Below, piece after piece: positions 8,582-16,470 of a stretch of DNA of 64,000 nucleotides (position 1 is its first letter; every line of letters starts with the position of its first letter). The stretch covers positions 1 through 64,000 of the IMG/VR virus record IMGVR_UViG_3300032220_001356, one strand, 5' to 3'. The notes below the pieces were generated by a model. That model worked only from the letters and a program-made list of their open reading frames with translations. It made no database searches and was not told the DNA's origin. This stretch comes from a virus. A program made the translations under genes and the position numbers.

Positions 8582-8627
8582 ACTAAAACGATGATGCCTC
8601 CTATGCTTTATAGAGTCCTGTCAGTTC

Positions 8628-8670
8628 TGTAGTCCTCTTTACAGACTTCTCCAGACCCTTATGGTATGAT
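8628..8670 (+). promoter_or_regulatory. Early promoter copy 8
   Basis: TGTA 8628-8631, TACA 8640-8643, TGgTATGAT ending at 8670. Confidence 0.8.
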
Positions 8671-8726
8671 GCTCTCGTAGCGTAGAACCTTGATCGATAA
8701 ACCCTCAAGCAAAAGGTAACTATCAA

Positions 8727-9938
8727 ATGGCTTTCGATCTCAACCTTCACGTTTATCGTCTCCTTCAGGCTGAGCCTTTCTATGCGGCTATCTCGCGTCG
8801 TGTGAATAAGGCTCCTTCTTCCGCTATTCCTACGGCGGGTGTTCGCATTGATAAGGAAACCAAGCAGTTTGAGATGCTCTATAATCCGACGTTCTTTGAG
8901 GGTCTTTCCGATCCCGAAAAGACTGCCGTTCTTCGTCATGAGTTTGACCATCTTTGCTTTGACCATGTTACGGGTCGTTTGCCTGCCGAGGGTATGACCA
9001 AGACTTGGAACATTGCAACGGACCTTGCTATCAATTCGCATATCCCGAATATCCCTAAGATTGCTTGTATTCCCGGCGAAGGTCCGTTTGCCCACTTGGA
9101 GAAGGGCAAGGCTGCTGAATTCTACTTCGATGAATTGCGTAAGATGCAGGAGCAGAAGCAGCAAGAGCAGGACAAGAAGAAGGGTGACAAGAGTGGGAAG
9201 GGCGAAGGCCAGCCGTCTGATGGTGATGGTTTGCCCGACACTTTCGATGACCACAGCGGTTGGTCTGAGCAGGATGGTGATGTAGACAATACTACCAATG
9301 AGATTGCAAAGGAGCGTCTTAAGGAAGCAATCAAGCAAGCTGCCGAGGAGTGCTCCAAGTCTAACAATTGGGGTTCTGTGTCTGCCGAGCAGCGCAAGCG
9401 AATCATGGAGTCCCTCCAGACTTCTGTTGATTGGCGGAAGATGCTGCGTTATTTCGTGAAGGTTTCTCAGCGTTGTGACAAGTCCTCTACGGTACGTCGC
9501 ATTAACAAGCGTTTCCCTCGCATCCATGCTGGCAAGAAGGTTAATCGAATTGCCAAGATTGCAATTAGCATTGATCAGTCTGGTTCTGTTTCCGATTCTA
9601 TGCTTGCTTTGTTCTTCTCTGAGCTTAACAACCTTGCTGGCATTGCAACCTTTACCGTAGTTCCTTTCGACACCGAGGTCAAGGACAAGCTTGTGTATGA
9701 GTGGAAGAAGGGCACCAAGAAGGATTGGGAGCGTGTGATGTGTGGTGGTACGGACTTCAATGCTCCTACCAAGTGGGTTAACAAGCATGGTGAATTCGAT
9801 GCTCACATTATCCTTACCGATATGTGTGCTCCTAAGCCTGTTCCTTCCAACGTTCCTCGTATGTGGATGACCGATAAGGAGAACGCTCGCAACCCTTACT
9901 TCAAGACCAATGAGATTATTGTTGCGGTTGGTAAGTGA
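8727..9938 (+). CDS. DUF2201-type putative metallopeptidase with C-terminal VWA-like domain
   Basis: HEFDH zincin motif followed by WNIATDLAIN; MIDAS DQSGSV, GGTDF and ILTD. Confidence 0.88.
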   Translation: MAFDLNLHVYRLLQAEPFYAAISRRVNKAPSSAIPTAGVRIDKETKQFEMLYNPTFFEGLSDPEKTAVLRHEFDHLCFDHVTGRLPAEGMTKTWNIATDLAINSHIPNIPKIACIPGEGPFAHLEKGKAAEFYFDELRKMQEQKQQEQDKKKGDKSGKGEGQPSDGDGLPDTFDDHSGWSEQDGDVDNTTNEIAKERLKEAIKQAAEECSKSNNWGSVSAEQRKRIMESLQTSVDWRKMLRYFVKVSQRCDKSSTVRRINKRFPRIHAGKKVNRIAKIAISIDQSGSVSDSMLALFFSELNNLAGIATFTVVPFDTEVKDKLVYEWKKGTKKDWERVMCGGTDFNAPTKWVNKHGEFDAHIILTDMCAPKPVPSNVPRMWMTDKENARNPYFKTNEIIVAVGK

Positions 9939-10252
9939 TTAATATGAATAGCCAAAAGAATTGGGCAGTTGGAGCTAACATGACAAGCGCATACAAGAAG
10001 AAGTTGGTTAGCGATGGTCCTCTAATTCAAGTGGGAGATATTGTAGCTCCTTATAAGTATTACAGAAATGGTCGTCCTGTTCCAGCACACAAGTTCAATT
10101 ACATTGCTGGTTCTGTTGGCGTTGTAATTGATGAACATCAGAACAAGGTTTATGATGAAGCAACATTGGTAGTTATGTGGAACGGAGATAGTAATCATAC
10201 CACAAACTACATCAAGTCTCAAGCTGCTGGTTTTCTCGTAAAGCTTTCTTAA
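9935..10252 (+). CDS. SH3/KOW-like family protein
   Basis: IQVGDIV...VGVVI...VVMW. Confidence 0.7.
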   Translation: MINMNSQKNWAVGANMTSAYKKKLVSDGPLIQVGDIVAPYKYYRNGRPVPAHKFNYIAGSVGVVIDEHQNKVYDEATLVVMWNGDSNHTTNYIKSQAAGFLVKLS

Positions 10253-10269
10253 TTAACAAAGGAGATAAC

Positions 10270-10452
10270 ATGACTTTCAAGATTGGTGATATGGTTCGTG
10301 AGTCTAAGTATCGTGATATTGGTCGAGTTCTTTCTGTGCCTAGCGATAATCAAGATTACTACATCGTTTCTTTCGATGGTACAAAGATGCGTTATAGTGA
10401 AGAGCAAGTTGTTAGCGGTGCTTTGCGTCGTCTTTATCCTGTTACACCTTGA
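10270..10452 (+). CDS. Small SH3/KOW-like family protein
   Basis: MTFKIGDMVR...IGRV...IVSFD; GGAG RBS. Confidence 0.78.
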   Translation: MTFKIGDMVRESKYRDIGRVLSVPSDNQDYYIVSFDGTKMRYSEEQVVSGALRRLYPVTP

Positions 10453-10501
10453 TATGTGTTAGATACAAACATAATACATATTAAAGTTATTTAGGTAGCA
10501 A

Positions 10502-10600
10502 GGGGGGTACTCCCCCCTCCCCCCTCCCTCCCCCCACGGAATGTATGTCCCATATGGCTTGGGTGTGTTATATTGCGCTTAGCGCTTAAACGACACACAC
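10502..10600. other. G/C-run palindrome with C-tracts and an adjacent hairpin at the early/late boundary
   Basis: G6-TACT-C6-T-C6-T-C3-T-C6, then a GTGTGT...ACACAC inverted repeat. Confidence 0.6.
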
Positions 10601-10687
10601 AGAAAATTTCCAAAACTTTTTAAAGGGCTATAAAAAACTCCCAATTCAAAAAAATCCTATAGAAAATTGCAGGACTTTTTAACCAAA

Positions 10688-10694
10688 CTACTTA
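10688..10694 (+). promoter_or_regulatory. Putative late promoter CTACTTA
   Basis: CTA(C/T)TTA recurs upstream of genes at 1968, 11152, 12939, 14328, 15981, 16460, 23928, 24644, 25946, 29153, 48933 and 57379. Confidence 0.65.
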
Positions 10695-10698
10695 TATC

Positions 10699-11142
10699 AT
10701 GATGAAACTAATAATGGAAAGTTGGAGGTCTTATTTAAAAGAAGCAGTTTCTTTTAATGAAGCAACCAATAATTGGTTCTATACAACACTTGATAACTCT
10801 GACGTTCCTCAACACATCCTTGGCGTATTGGAAGAAAGGGCAATTGAGGTTTATTCTTCATGTTCTTATAAAGGGGATTGTGGAGAGAACTCTCATAGAT
10901 GGATAAAAATTTTTGAAGACGCTGGAATTAACGTTCAACAAGTTGTTGGAAACTATGTTTCTCCAAATGACAAATGGTATGATAGCATTGTAAAAGGAGA
11001 GGTTGATGCTCCAATGTCGTCTGACCATGTTTGGTTATTGATTGATAATAATGTTTTGTTTGACCCAACGGCAGGACAATTTCAAACTAACATTTCTATT
11101 GAAGGCTATCTTGCAGAAGATGGAAAACCGTTGTATATTTAA
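10699..11142 (+). CDS. Leader-bearing protein with possible transglutaminase/papain-like Cys-His-Asp triad
   Basis: MKLIMESWRSYLKE leader; GDC...HVW...FDPTAGQF. Confidence 0.65.
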   Translation: MMKLIMESWRSYLKEAVSFNEATNNWFYTTLDNSDVPQHILGVLEERAIEVYSSCSYKGDCGENSHRWIKIFEDAGINVQQVVGNYVSPNDKWYDSIVKGEVDAPMSSDHVWLLIDNNVLFDPTAGQFQTNISIEGYLAEDGKPLYI

Positions 11143-11151
11143 TTAAATAAA

Positions 11152-11158
11152 CTACTTA
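11152..11158 (+). promoter_or_regulatory. Putative late promoter CTACTTA
   Basis: 7 nt before ATG 11166; no SD sequence. Confidence 0.62.
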
Positions 11159-11165
11159 TAACATA

Positions 11166-12257
11166 ATGAAACTGATATTAGAAAACTGGAAAAGATACAC
11201 TCATGCAATTCTCAACGAGGATTTGCTTATTGAATCATATGAAGACGCTTATGAAACAATAAAGAAAAGAAGTGCCAAACTATTAAAAGGTTGGGCTTAC
11301 GATAAATCGCCAGATAGATATAATCAAATTGAAAAAAATATTCAAGATGCAATACTTGATAAGTTGGGAAGCAATCCCTCACAAGAAGAAATAAATAAAT
11401 ATACAAATGCTTGGGAGTTGGGCGGAATCGTTATTGCAAACATGATAAACGATAAGATTATTCCAAACGACATTACAGATAAACAAAAAAGTATTGCGTT
11501 ATTGTGGAATTATAAGCAACTTGTAAAAAATTCAATCGTAGATTTAGATTCTTTCTTAAACATGATTGTTGAGTACCTTGCGGCACATGGTTATGACATT
11601 TTCTTAAATTTCTCTGGTAGGCATCTTGATATTCCAGAGCTAAGAGCAAATTTCAATTTGAGCTTTGCTTATGCTTACTTGGCAGATGATCCACAATCTT
11701 CTGAGTCTGATATAAGAAGAGCAAAATTGATTGAAAACTTTTTTCATTGGAATAGATTTGTTGAGGAAGGAAAAAAGGATTTAAATTCCGTTTCTAGTTA
11801 CAATGAACTTATTGAACTTGTAAAAGAAGCAAAACCTTTATTTCAAGCTTGGCAAGAAAGACAAGAACAAGCAGATGCAGATAAGGGCAAAGAAGTTTTA
11901 TTGGATGATAAGAACTGGCAAATAATCGTTATTCATAATAAGGGTGCTGCTTGTCAATTGGGCAAAGGAACCGATTGGTGTACCGCTGCTCCCGGTCTTG
12001 ATTATTTCAAGCAATATTATAAACCCGATGACCCATTGTTTTATATTCTTGATAAAAGCGATGGAGAACGTTATCAATTCCACTTTGGAACTCAACAATT
12101 CATGGACAAAGATGATTATAATCTTTATCCTTCTCGTTATCATGTTGGGGATGAAATAATGTCTGTTCTTGCAAAAGTTGTTCCTGCAAAATATGATATT
12201 GCAAGAAGTTACCTAAACAACGTCTTTTATAATGGGCATATCCGAAGGTTCATGTGA
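11166..12257 (+). CDS. Leader-bearing protein with C-terminal PcfJ-like domain
   Basis: MKLILENWKRY leader; AACQLGKGTDWCTA...YFKQY...YQFHF. Confidence 0.65.
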   Translation: MKLILENWKRYTHAILNEDLLIESYEDAYETIKKRSAKLLKGWAYDKSPDRYNQIEKNIQDAILDKLGSNPSQEEINKYTNAWELGGIVIANMINDKIIPNDITDKQKSIALLWNYKQLVKNSIVDLDSFLNMIVEYLAAHGYDIFLNFSGRHLDIPELRANFNLSFAYAYLADDPQSSESDIRRAKLIENFFHWNRFVEEGKKDLNSVSSYNELIELVKEAKPLFQAWQERQEQADADKGKEVLLDDKNWQIIVIHNKGAACQLGKGTDWCTAAPGLDYFKQYYKPDDPLFYILDKSDGERYQFHFGTQQFMDKDDYNLYPSRYHVGDEIMSVLAKVVPAKYDIARSYLNNVFYNGHIRRFM

Positions 12258-12886
12258 TGAAAATTTTATTGGAAAATTGGCGAGGCTTTCTTAATGAAAG
12301 TCTTTTATTGAAACCGGGACCAGATGGTTGGGAAAAATATTCGCAATTGGTTGGCAAGGCTTATTTGGCTGCTCCCAAGTTTGAGGCAAGAGCCGTTCCT
12401 CACTTTCAAGCAATGATACCATTTATTGAAAAAATGTTCAAGCGCATTTCATCAAAAGTTGATATTCAGTTTGTCGATTATCATGCATATGAAAATGCTC
12501 AACAATTAAAGAACGATGTTAAGCAAAATGGCATTATGAAGATTGCAACCATTGATGCTCAACATGATGTATTTGATGAATTGACAAATGCAAAGTTTCG
12601 TGCAATCCATGATTATATGTCTCATATTCAAGCAATTGGTTCAAGAGGAACAGAATTCTCATTGATTGGAGAACTTCAATCTTATAATGTTCACTTGAAA
12701 ACTCTTCCTCCAAAAGCAGTCCCTGCCCTATTCACAGAGATAGTTGGACAAGTATCTGCTTATTATGTAGGTGGTGGAAAATTTGCAGAACAAAAAATTT
12801 GCTTATTGGATGGTTTTGATTATTACAATATTGGAAAGGTCGAAGGCTACGATATTGTGAATAAAACATTGGTTGAAAAGGTTTAA
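12257..12886 (+). CDS. Leader-bearing conserved phage protein (FRAIHD..H motif, possibly metal-binding)
   Basis: MKILLENWRGFLNE leader; NAKFRAIHDYMSH...GE...ALFTEIVGQ. Confidence 0.7.
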   Translation: MKILLENWRGFLNESLLLKPGPDGWEKYSQLVGKAYLAAPKFEARAVPHFQAMIPFIEKMFKRISSKVDIQFVDYHAYENAQQLKNDVKQNGIMKIATIDAQHDVFDELTNAKFRAIHDYMSHIQAIGSRGTEFSLIGELQSYNVHLKTLPPKAVPALFTEIVGQVSAYYVGGGKFAEQKICLLDGFDYYNIGKVEGYDIVNKTLVEKV

Positions 12887-12904
12887 TATTATTTTATTTG
12901 CTCA

Positions 12905-12937
12905 AAAAAAACCCCGGAAGAAATTCTGGGGTTTTTT
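12905..12937 (+). terminator. Intrinsic terminator
   Basis: AAAAAACCCCGGAA-GAAA-TTCTGGGGTTTTTT. Confidence 0.8.
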
Positions 12938-12938
12938 A

Positions 12939-12945
12939 CTATTTA
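12939..12945 (+). promoter_or_regulatory. Putative late promoter CTATTTA
   Basis: Directly after a terminator and 4 nt before ATG 12950. Confidence 0.68.
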
Positions 12946-12949
12946 TAAT

Positions 12950-13834
12950 ATGAAACTTTTATTAGAAAACTTCCGCAATTACATTAATGAACAAGCAATG
13001 TTTGGCGGAGAAGGTATGTCCGAAGGTGGATATTCTGAAGAAGAAACAAAATTCTTTAAGGACTTACCACAGATAGGCGAACAAATCTCAAGTGCTTTTG
13101 ATAAGTTTCTTAAAGAACTTAATGAACAATATAAACAACCTGTTGGGATTGTTGAAATACAAAAAAATATTCTAAAGTTTGTTCGCTATGTTGGCGAATC
13201 AACTGGCAATAAAACAAAATATATTGGTCATGGAAAGTTTCGTTGCGTATTTGATATTGGCGATGAATACATAATCAAGTTTGATATTACTCCAAATAAT
13301 GCAGCAGCAGAACAAAATAAAACTGATGCAGAACTTGGAAGATTATCTCATAAGTATTATAATTTGTTTCCTTTATCGGCAATCTCTGAAAAAGATTATC
13401 GTTGGGTTGCTCTTGAAAAAGCTCAACCATTTGAGTCTTTTGATATTAAAACTTATAATGAATTTTTTCCAAATCCCCTTCTTGATGAAATAAAAAGCCC
13501 AGTTGTTAAAAACAAATTAATTCAAATATCTTTTGTATATAACTCTGGAAACAAATTGAGAGCTTTGGAAATATATAAAGACTTATGGACAAAACTTCCA
13601 ATTGTTGAAGTGCAAAAACTTAAAAAGATCCCTTTCAAAAAAATGTGTAATGCTTTTGGACAAAATAAGTTGTACGACAATGTAATGAGTGCTATAATGA
13701 GATTGGGTATTCGACCAGAAGAAATAAGATTGGCTAACACAGGAACTGGTGCAGATGGAAGATTTGTTATTCTTGATTCTTCTATTGAAAGTCAAATTGT
13801 TTCTGGTTTTGCAAAATCAAAAATTCAACCATAG
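12950..13834 (+). CDS. Leader-bearing protein kinase-like fold protein
   Basis: MKLLLENFRNYINE leader; IGHGKFRCV Gly loop, IIKF lysine, EIRLANTG, VILDS. Confidence 0.6.
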   Translation: MKLLLENFRNYINEQAMFGGEGMSEGGYSEEETKFFKDLPQIGEQISSAFDKFLKELNEQYKQPVGIVEIQKNILKFVRYVGESTGNKTKYIGHGKFRCVFDIGDEYIIKFDITPNNAAAEQNKTDAELGRLSHKYYNLFPLSAISEKDYRWVALEKAQPFESFDIKTYNEFFPNPLLDEIKSPVVKNKLIQISFVYNSGNKLRALEIYKDLWTKLPIVEVQKLKKIPFKKMCNAFGQNKLYDNVMSAIMRLGIRPEEIRLANTGTGADGRFVILDSSIESQIVSGFAKSKIQP

Positions 13835-13842
13835 AGGCATAA

Positions 13843-14325
13843 ATGGGAGTTGAAGTAGGTAATTATTGTACAACATCTTTTATCTTGAAGGATGCAGAAT
13901 CTGTTAAGTATATTAAAAAACTTTGTGACCTTCTTACAGATGAAACCAACCTTTCTTGTGGTTATTTGTCTGATGACGCTTATTGCCAGTTTGATGCCTA
14001 TAGTAAGGAAGAAAATTCTTTCATTATTAAGGCTGGCGGTTTTATGGACTCTGGCGTTGATATTCGTTATTCTGCTTTACACGATAGACAGGGAACAGAG
14101 GAAGATGAAGTAGATGAAGATTATGAAGAAGAGCATGACCCAATTAATCTATGGGAAGAAGTACAAAAGCATCTAAAAGAAGGTGCTTGGTTCTTTGTCG
14201 ATGAATACTCTTATGGTCGTTCCTATGCAACAACTTCTGTTTCGTTTTATCATCAAAACGGAAAAACAGAATATGAATCAAGTTTTAATATCAAAAAACA
14301 TATTTTGAAGAAAATGGGTATTTAA
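13843..14325 (+). CDS. Hypothetical protein
   Basis: 160-aa ORF with GAGG RBS. Confidence 0.7.
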   Translation: MGVEVGNYCTTSFILKDAESVKYIKKLCDLLTDETNLSCGYLSDDAYCQFDAYSKEENSFIIKAGGFMDSGVDIRYSALHDRQGTEEDEVDEDYEEEHDPINLWEEVQKHLKEGAWFFVDEYSYGRSYATTSVSFYHQNGKTEYESSFNIKKHILKKMGI

Positions 14326-14352
14326 TACTATTTATTGAAAAGGAATCCAACC

Positions 14353-14607
14353 ATGAAACTCACCGAATCCAAATTACGTTCTCTTGTCCGTGAAGAATTA
14401 AGCAATGTTCTTGAAATGTATAGACAACCAAAAGAAGAACCTGTTGTTACTCCTAAAGCTGCTGCTGCCGGTACTGCTATGGCTGGTTTAGCTGCTGCAC
14501 CATTTGCAATTGCACAATACTTACAAACAAATCCAGAAATGATGAAAAAAGTTATAGCTATGCTTAACGCTACTGGCGATTTTATGCAAAATTTAGAACA
14601 AGAGTAA
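14353..14607 (+). CDS. Leader-bearing small protein (MKLTESKLRSLVREEL)
   Basis: ATG 14353 follows AGGA RBS and CTATTTA at 14328. Confidence 0.72.
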   Translation: MKLTESKLRSLVREELSNVLEMYRQPKEEPVVTPKAAAAGTAMAGLAAAPFAIAQYLQTNPEMMKKVIAMLNATGDFMQNLEQE

Positions 14608-14616
14608 AATTTGTAA

Positions 14617-14949
14617 ATGCGTATTATCATAAAGGAACAAGCATTTGAGCAAAAAGTTTATGAATTCAAGTTTTCTGTAAAAATTTCAAGACAAGAAGAA
14701 GAATTCATAAACTTTACAAAGATTAAAGACACTCTTCGTGGTATCGAAAATGTTACAATTGTTCGTACTGAAGCTTCTCCAGAATCAACTAGCAAATACG
14801 ATATTAAATACTTAATTGTCAAAGCAGAATTTCAACGTGGTGAAGATATTGAATTCTTCTTGAATAACACTCTTATTCCTCAAATTAAAGAGATCCCAGA
14901 GTTCTATTATGACAAGTTGGTATCTGTTAAAAAAGTAGCAGAAAGATAA
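14617..14949 (+). CDS. Hypothetical protein
   Basis: 110-aa ORF starting MRIIIKE. Confidence 0.7.
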   Translation: MRIIIKEQAFEQKVYEFKFSVKISRQEEEFINFTKIKDTLRGIENVTIVRTEASPESTSKYDIKYLIVKAEFQRGEDIEFFLNNTLIPQIKEIPEFYYDKLVSVKKVAER

Positions 14950-14970
14950 AAACAAAGTTATAATAGTTTA

Positions 14971-15378
14971 ATGAATAGACTATCTTGGGACCAAGTATGG
15001 TCCAACTTTGCTTTAACAATTTCTCAACGTTCAACCGATCCTAAATTTAGGGTTGGTTGTGTTATTGTTCCTTTTGATAATACTGGCGTATTGTCTCTCG
15101 GTTACAATGGTGACCAGAAAGGTGGAACAAACGAAAGAGAATCAAATGATTCTGGTGGCTCTGGGTTTATCCACGCAGAGATAAATGCCTTAATTAAAAT
15201 GGATTTTAATAATCCAAAACAAAAGAAAATGTATGTTACTCACTCTCCTTGCAAAATGTGTGCAAAAGCGATCATCAATGCAGACATAAAGGAAGTTAAT
15301 TATTCCGAAGTATATCTTAATGACACAACCGGAATTGATTTATTGATAAAGCATGGTATTAAGGTAAATAAAATATAA
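14971..15378 (+). CDS. dCMP deaminase family protein
   Basis: HAEINA and SPCKMC zinc motifs; GYNG. Confidence 0.9.
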   Translation: MNRLSWDQVWSNFALTISQRSTDPKFRVGCVIVPFDNTGVLSLGYNGDQKGGTNERESNDSGGSGFIHAEINALIKMDFNNPKQKKMYVTHSPCKMCAKAIINADIKEVNYSEVYLNDTTGIDLLIKHGIKVNKI

Positions 15379-15404
15379 TTACTATAAGCAACGAGGTTTT
15401 TGCT

Positions 15405-15686
15405 ATGACAACCAAAACACATGAAGTCTATACACAACTTACTGCAAAAGCATTAACTGAAACACAAAAGAAAATCAAAGTTCTTTATGATTACGAATTG
15501 ATTTCTGGTTCTGGAATTAAATTTTATGTCAATATTGAAACAAGACAAGTTGTACCAATCGTAGCTGGTAAGGTAATCACAAGAATTACAGAATTCCCAG
15601 ATGAAAAAGGTTGTCATATTGTATATGCACAAAACCAAAAAATACTTGTTCCAGAAAGTGATATTATTGGTATTGGTCTGAACTGA
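15405..15686 (+). CDS. Hypothetical protein
   Basis: 93-aa ORF with GAGG RBS. Confidence 0.68.
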   Translation: MTTKTHEVYTQLTAKALTETQKKIKVLYDYELISGSGIKFYVNIETRQVVPIVAGKVITRITEFPDEKGCHIVYAQNQKILVPESDIIGIGLN

Positions 15687-15952
15687 TGGAACATATATTC
15701 GGACAATATACGTTAAAAAAAATAAAAATAGGAGATATTGTTTCTTGGTCGGAATTGGCAGACGATTCCAAAGGTATAGTAAAACCAGAAATGAAAAAAA
15801 GTTTTGGTTTTGTATCAAAAATAGAAATAGTAAATCGTGGAAGTAGAAAAGTTGGAATTGTAAAAGTTATTCCTATGGGTTCTACAATTGAAAAAGAAGT
15901 TCTTGCTGTATGTATTTCGTTAGTAAGTAACCAACAAATTCACGATATTTAA
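15686..15952 (+). CDS. SH3/KOW-like hypothetical protein
   Basis: IKIGDIVSW; TGATG coupling. Confidence 0.68.
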   Translation: MEHIFGQYTLKKIKIGDIVSWSELADDSKGIVKPEMKKSFGFVSKIEIVNRGSRKVGIVKVIPMGSTIEKEVLAVCISLVSNQQIHDI

Positions 15953-16006
15953 TTTTTTTTGCCAGTTTCTAAACATATTTCTATTTATATAACAAGGAGT
16001 TTAACA

Positions 16007-16357
16007 ATGAAACTTACAGAATCTGCTCTTCGCAAAATAATTAAAGAAGAATTAAATAAAGTATTAAATGAAGGAAAGGGTCATCCACTTGATGATATTA
16101 CAAAAAAAATGGTTGCTATTCACGATAAGGCATACCATGCTGGTGGTACTCCCTCTGCAATGTTTCAGATGTTATTAGATATAGAAGAACTTAAATCTGA
16201 GATTAAAAATCTCTTCGATACGGGCCAAGTAAGCGATGAAGATTTTGAAAAATATGTTAAAAATAAGAAAAATTTTGAACCAACAAAATTCCGTAGTGCA
16301 GAACAAAATAAAGAAATGACAGATTTTGAAGATTATTTAAATAAGAATAATTTTTAA
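16007..16357 (+). CDS. Leader-bearing protein (MKLTESALRKIIKEEL)
   Basis: ATG 16007 follows AGGAG RBS and CTATTTA at 15981. Confidence 0.75.
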   Translation: MKLTESALRKIIKEELNKVLNEGKGHPLDDITKKMVAIHDKAYHAGGTPSAMFQMLLDIEELKSEIKNLFDTGQVSDEDFEKYVKNKKNFEPTKFRSAEQNKEMTDFEDYLNKNNF

Positions 16358-16410
16358 TTAAAAAAAATCATTGCGTGGTTCTAAACAATAAAACTTAAAT
16401 TTAAAAGATC

Positions 16411-16446
16411 AAATGCCTTTTAGATAATCTCTAAAAGGCATTTTTA
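16411..16446 (+). terminator. Intrinsic terminator
   Basis: AAATGCCTTTTAGA pairs with TCTAAAAGGCATTT, followed by a T-run. Confidence 0.72.
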
Positions 16447-16470
16447 TTTATATATACAACTATTTAGTAT

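Noticed and set aside
45-8670. CRISPR array from the TTACAGACTTC repeats
   Set aside because: Copies are dispersed at irregular distances and each has a -10 box. The Cas4-like nuclease is a solo phage type with no other cas genes.
8601-9806. 401-aa minus-strand ORF
   Set aside because: Same shadow effect over the DUF2201/VWA gene.
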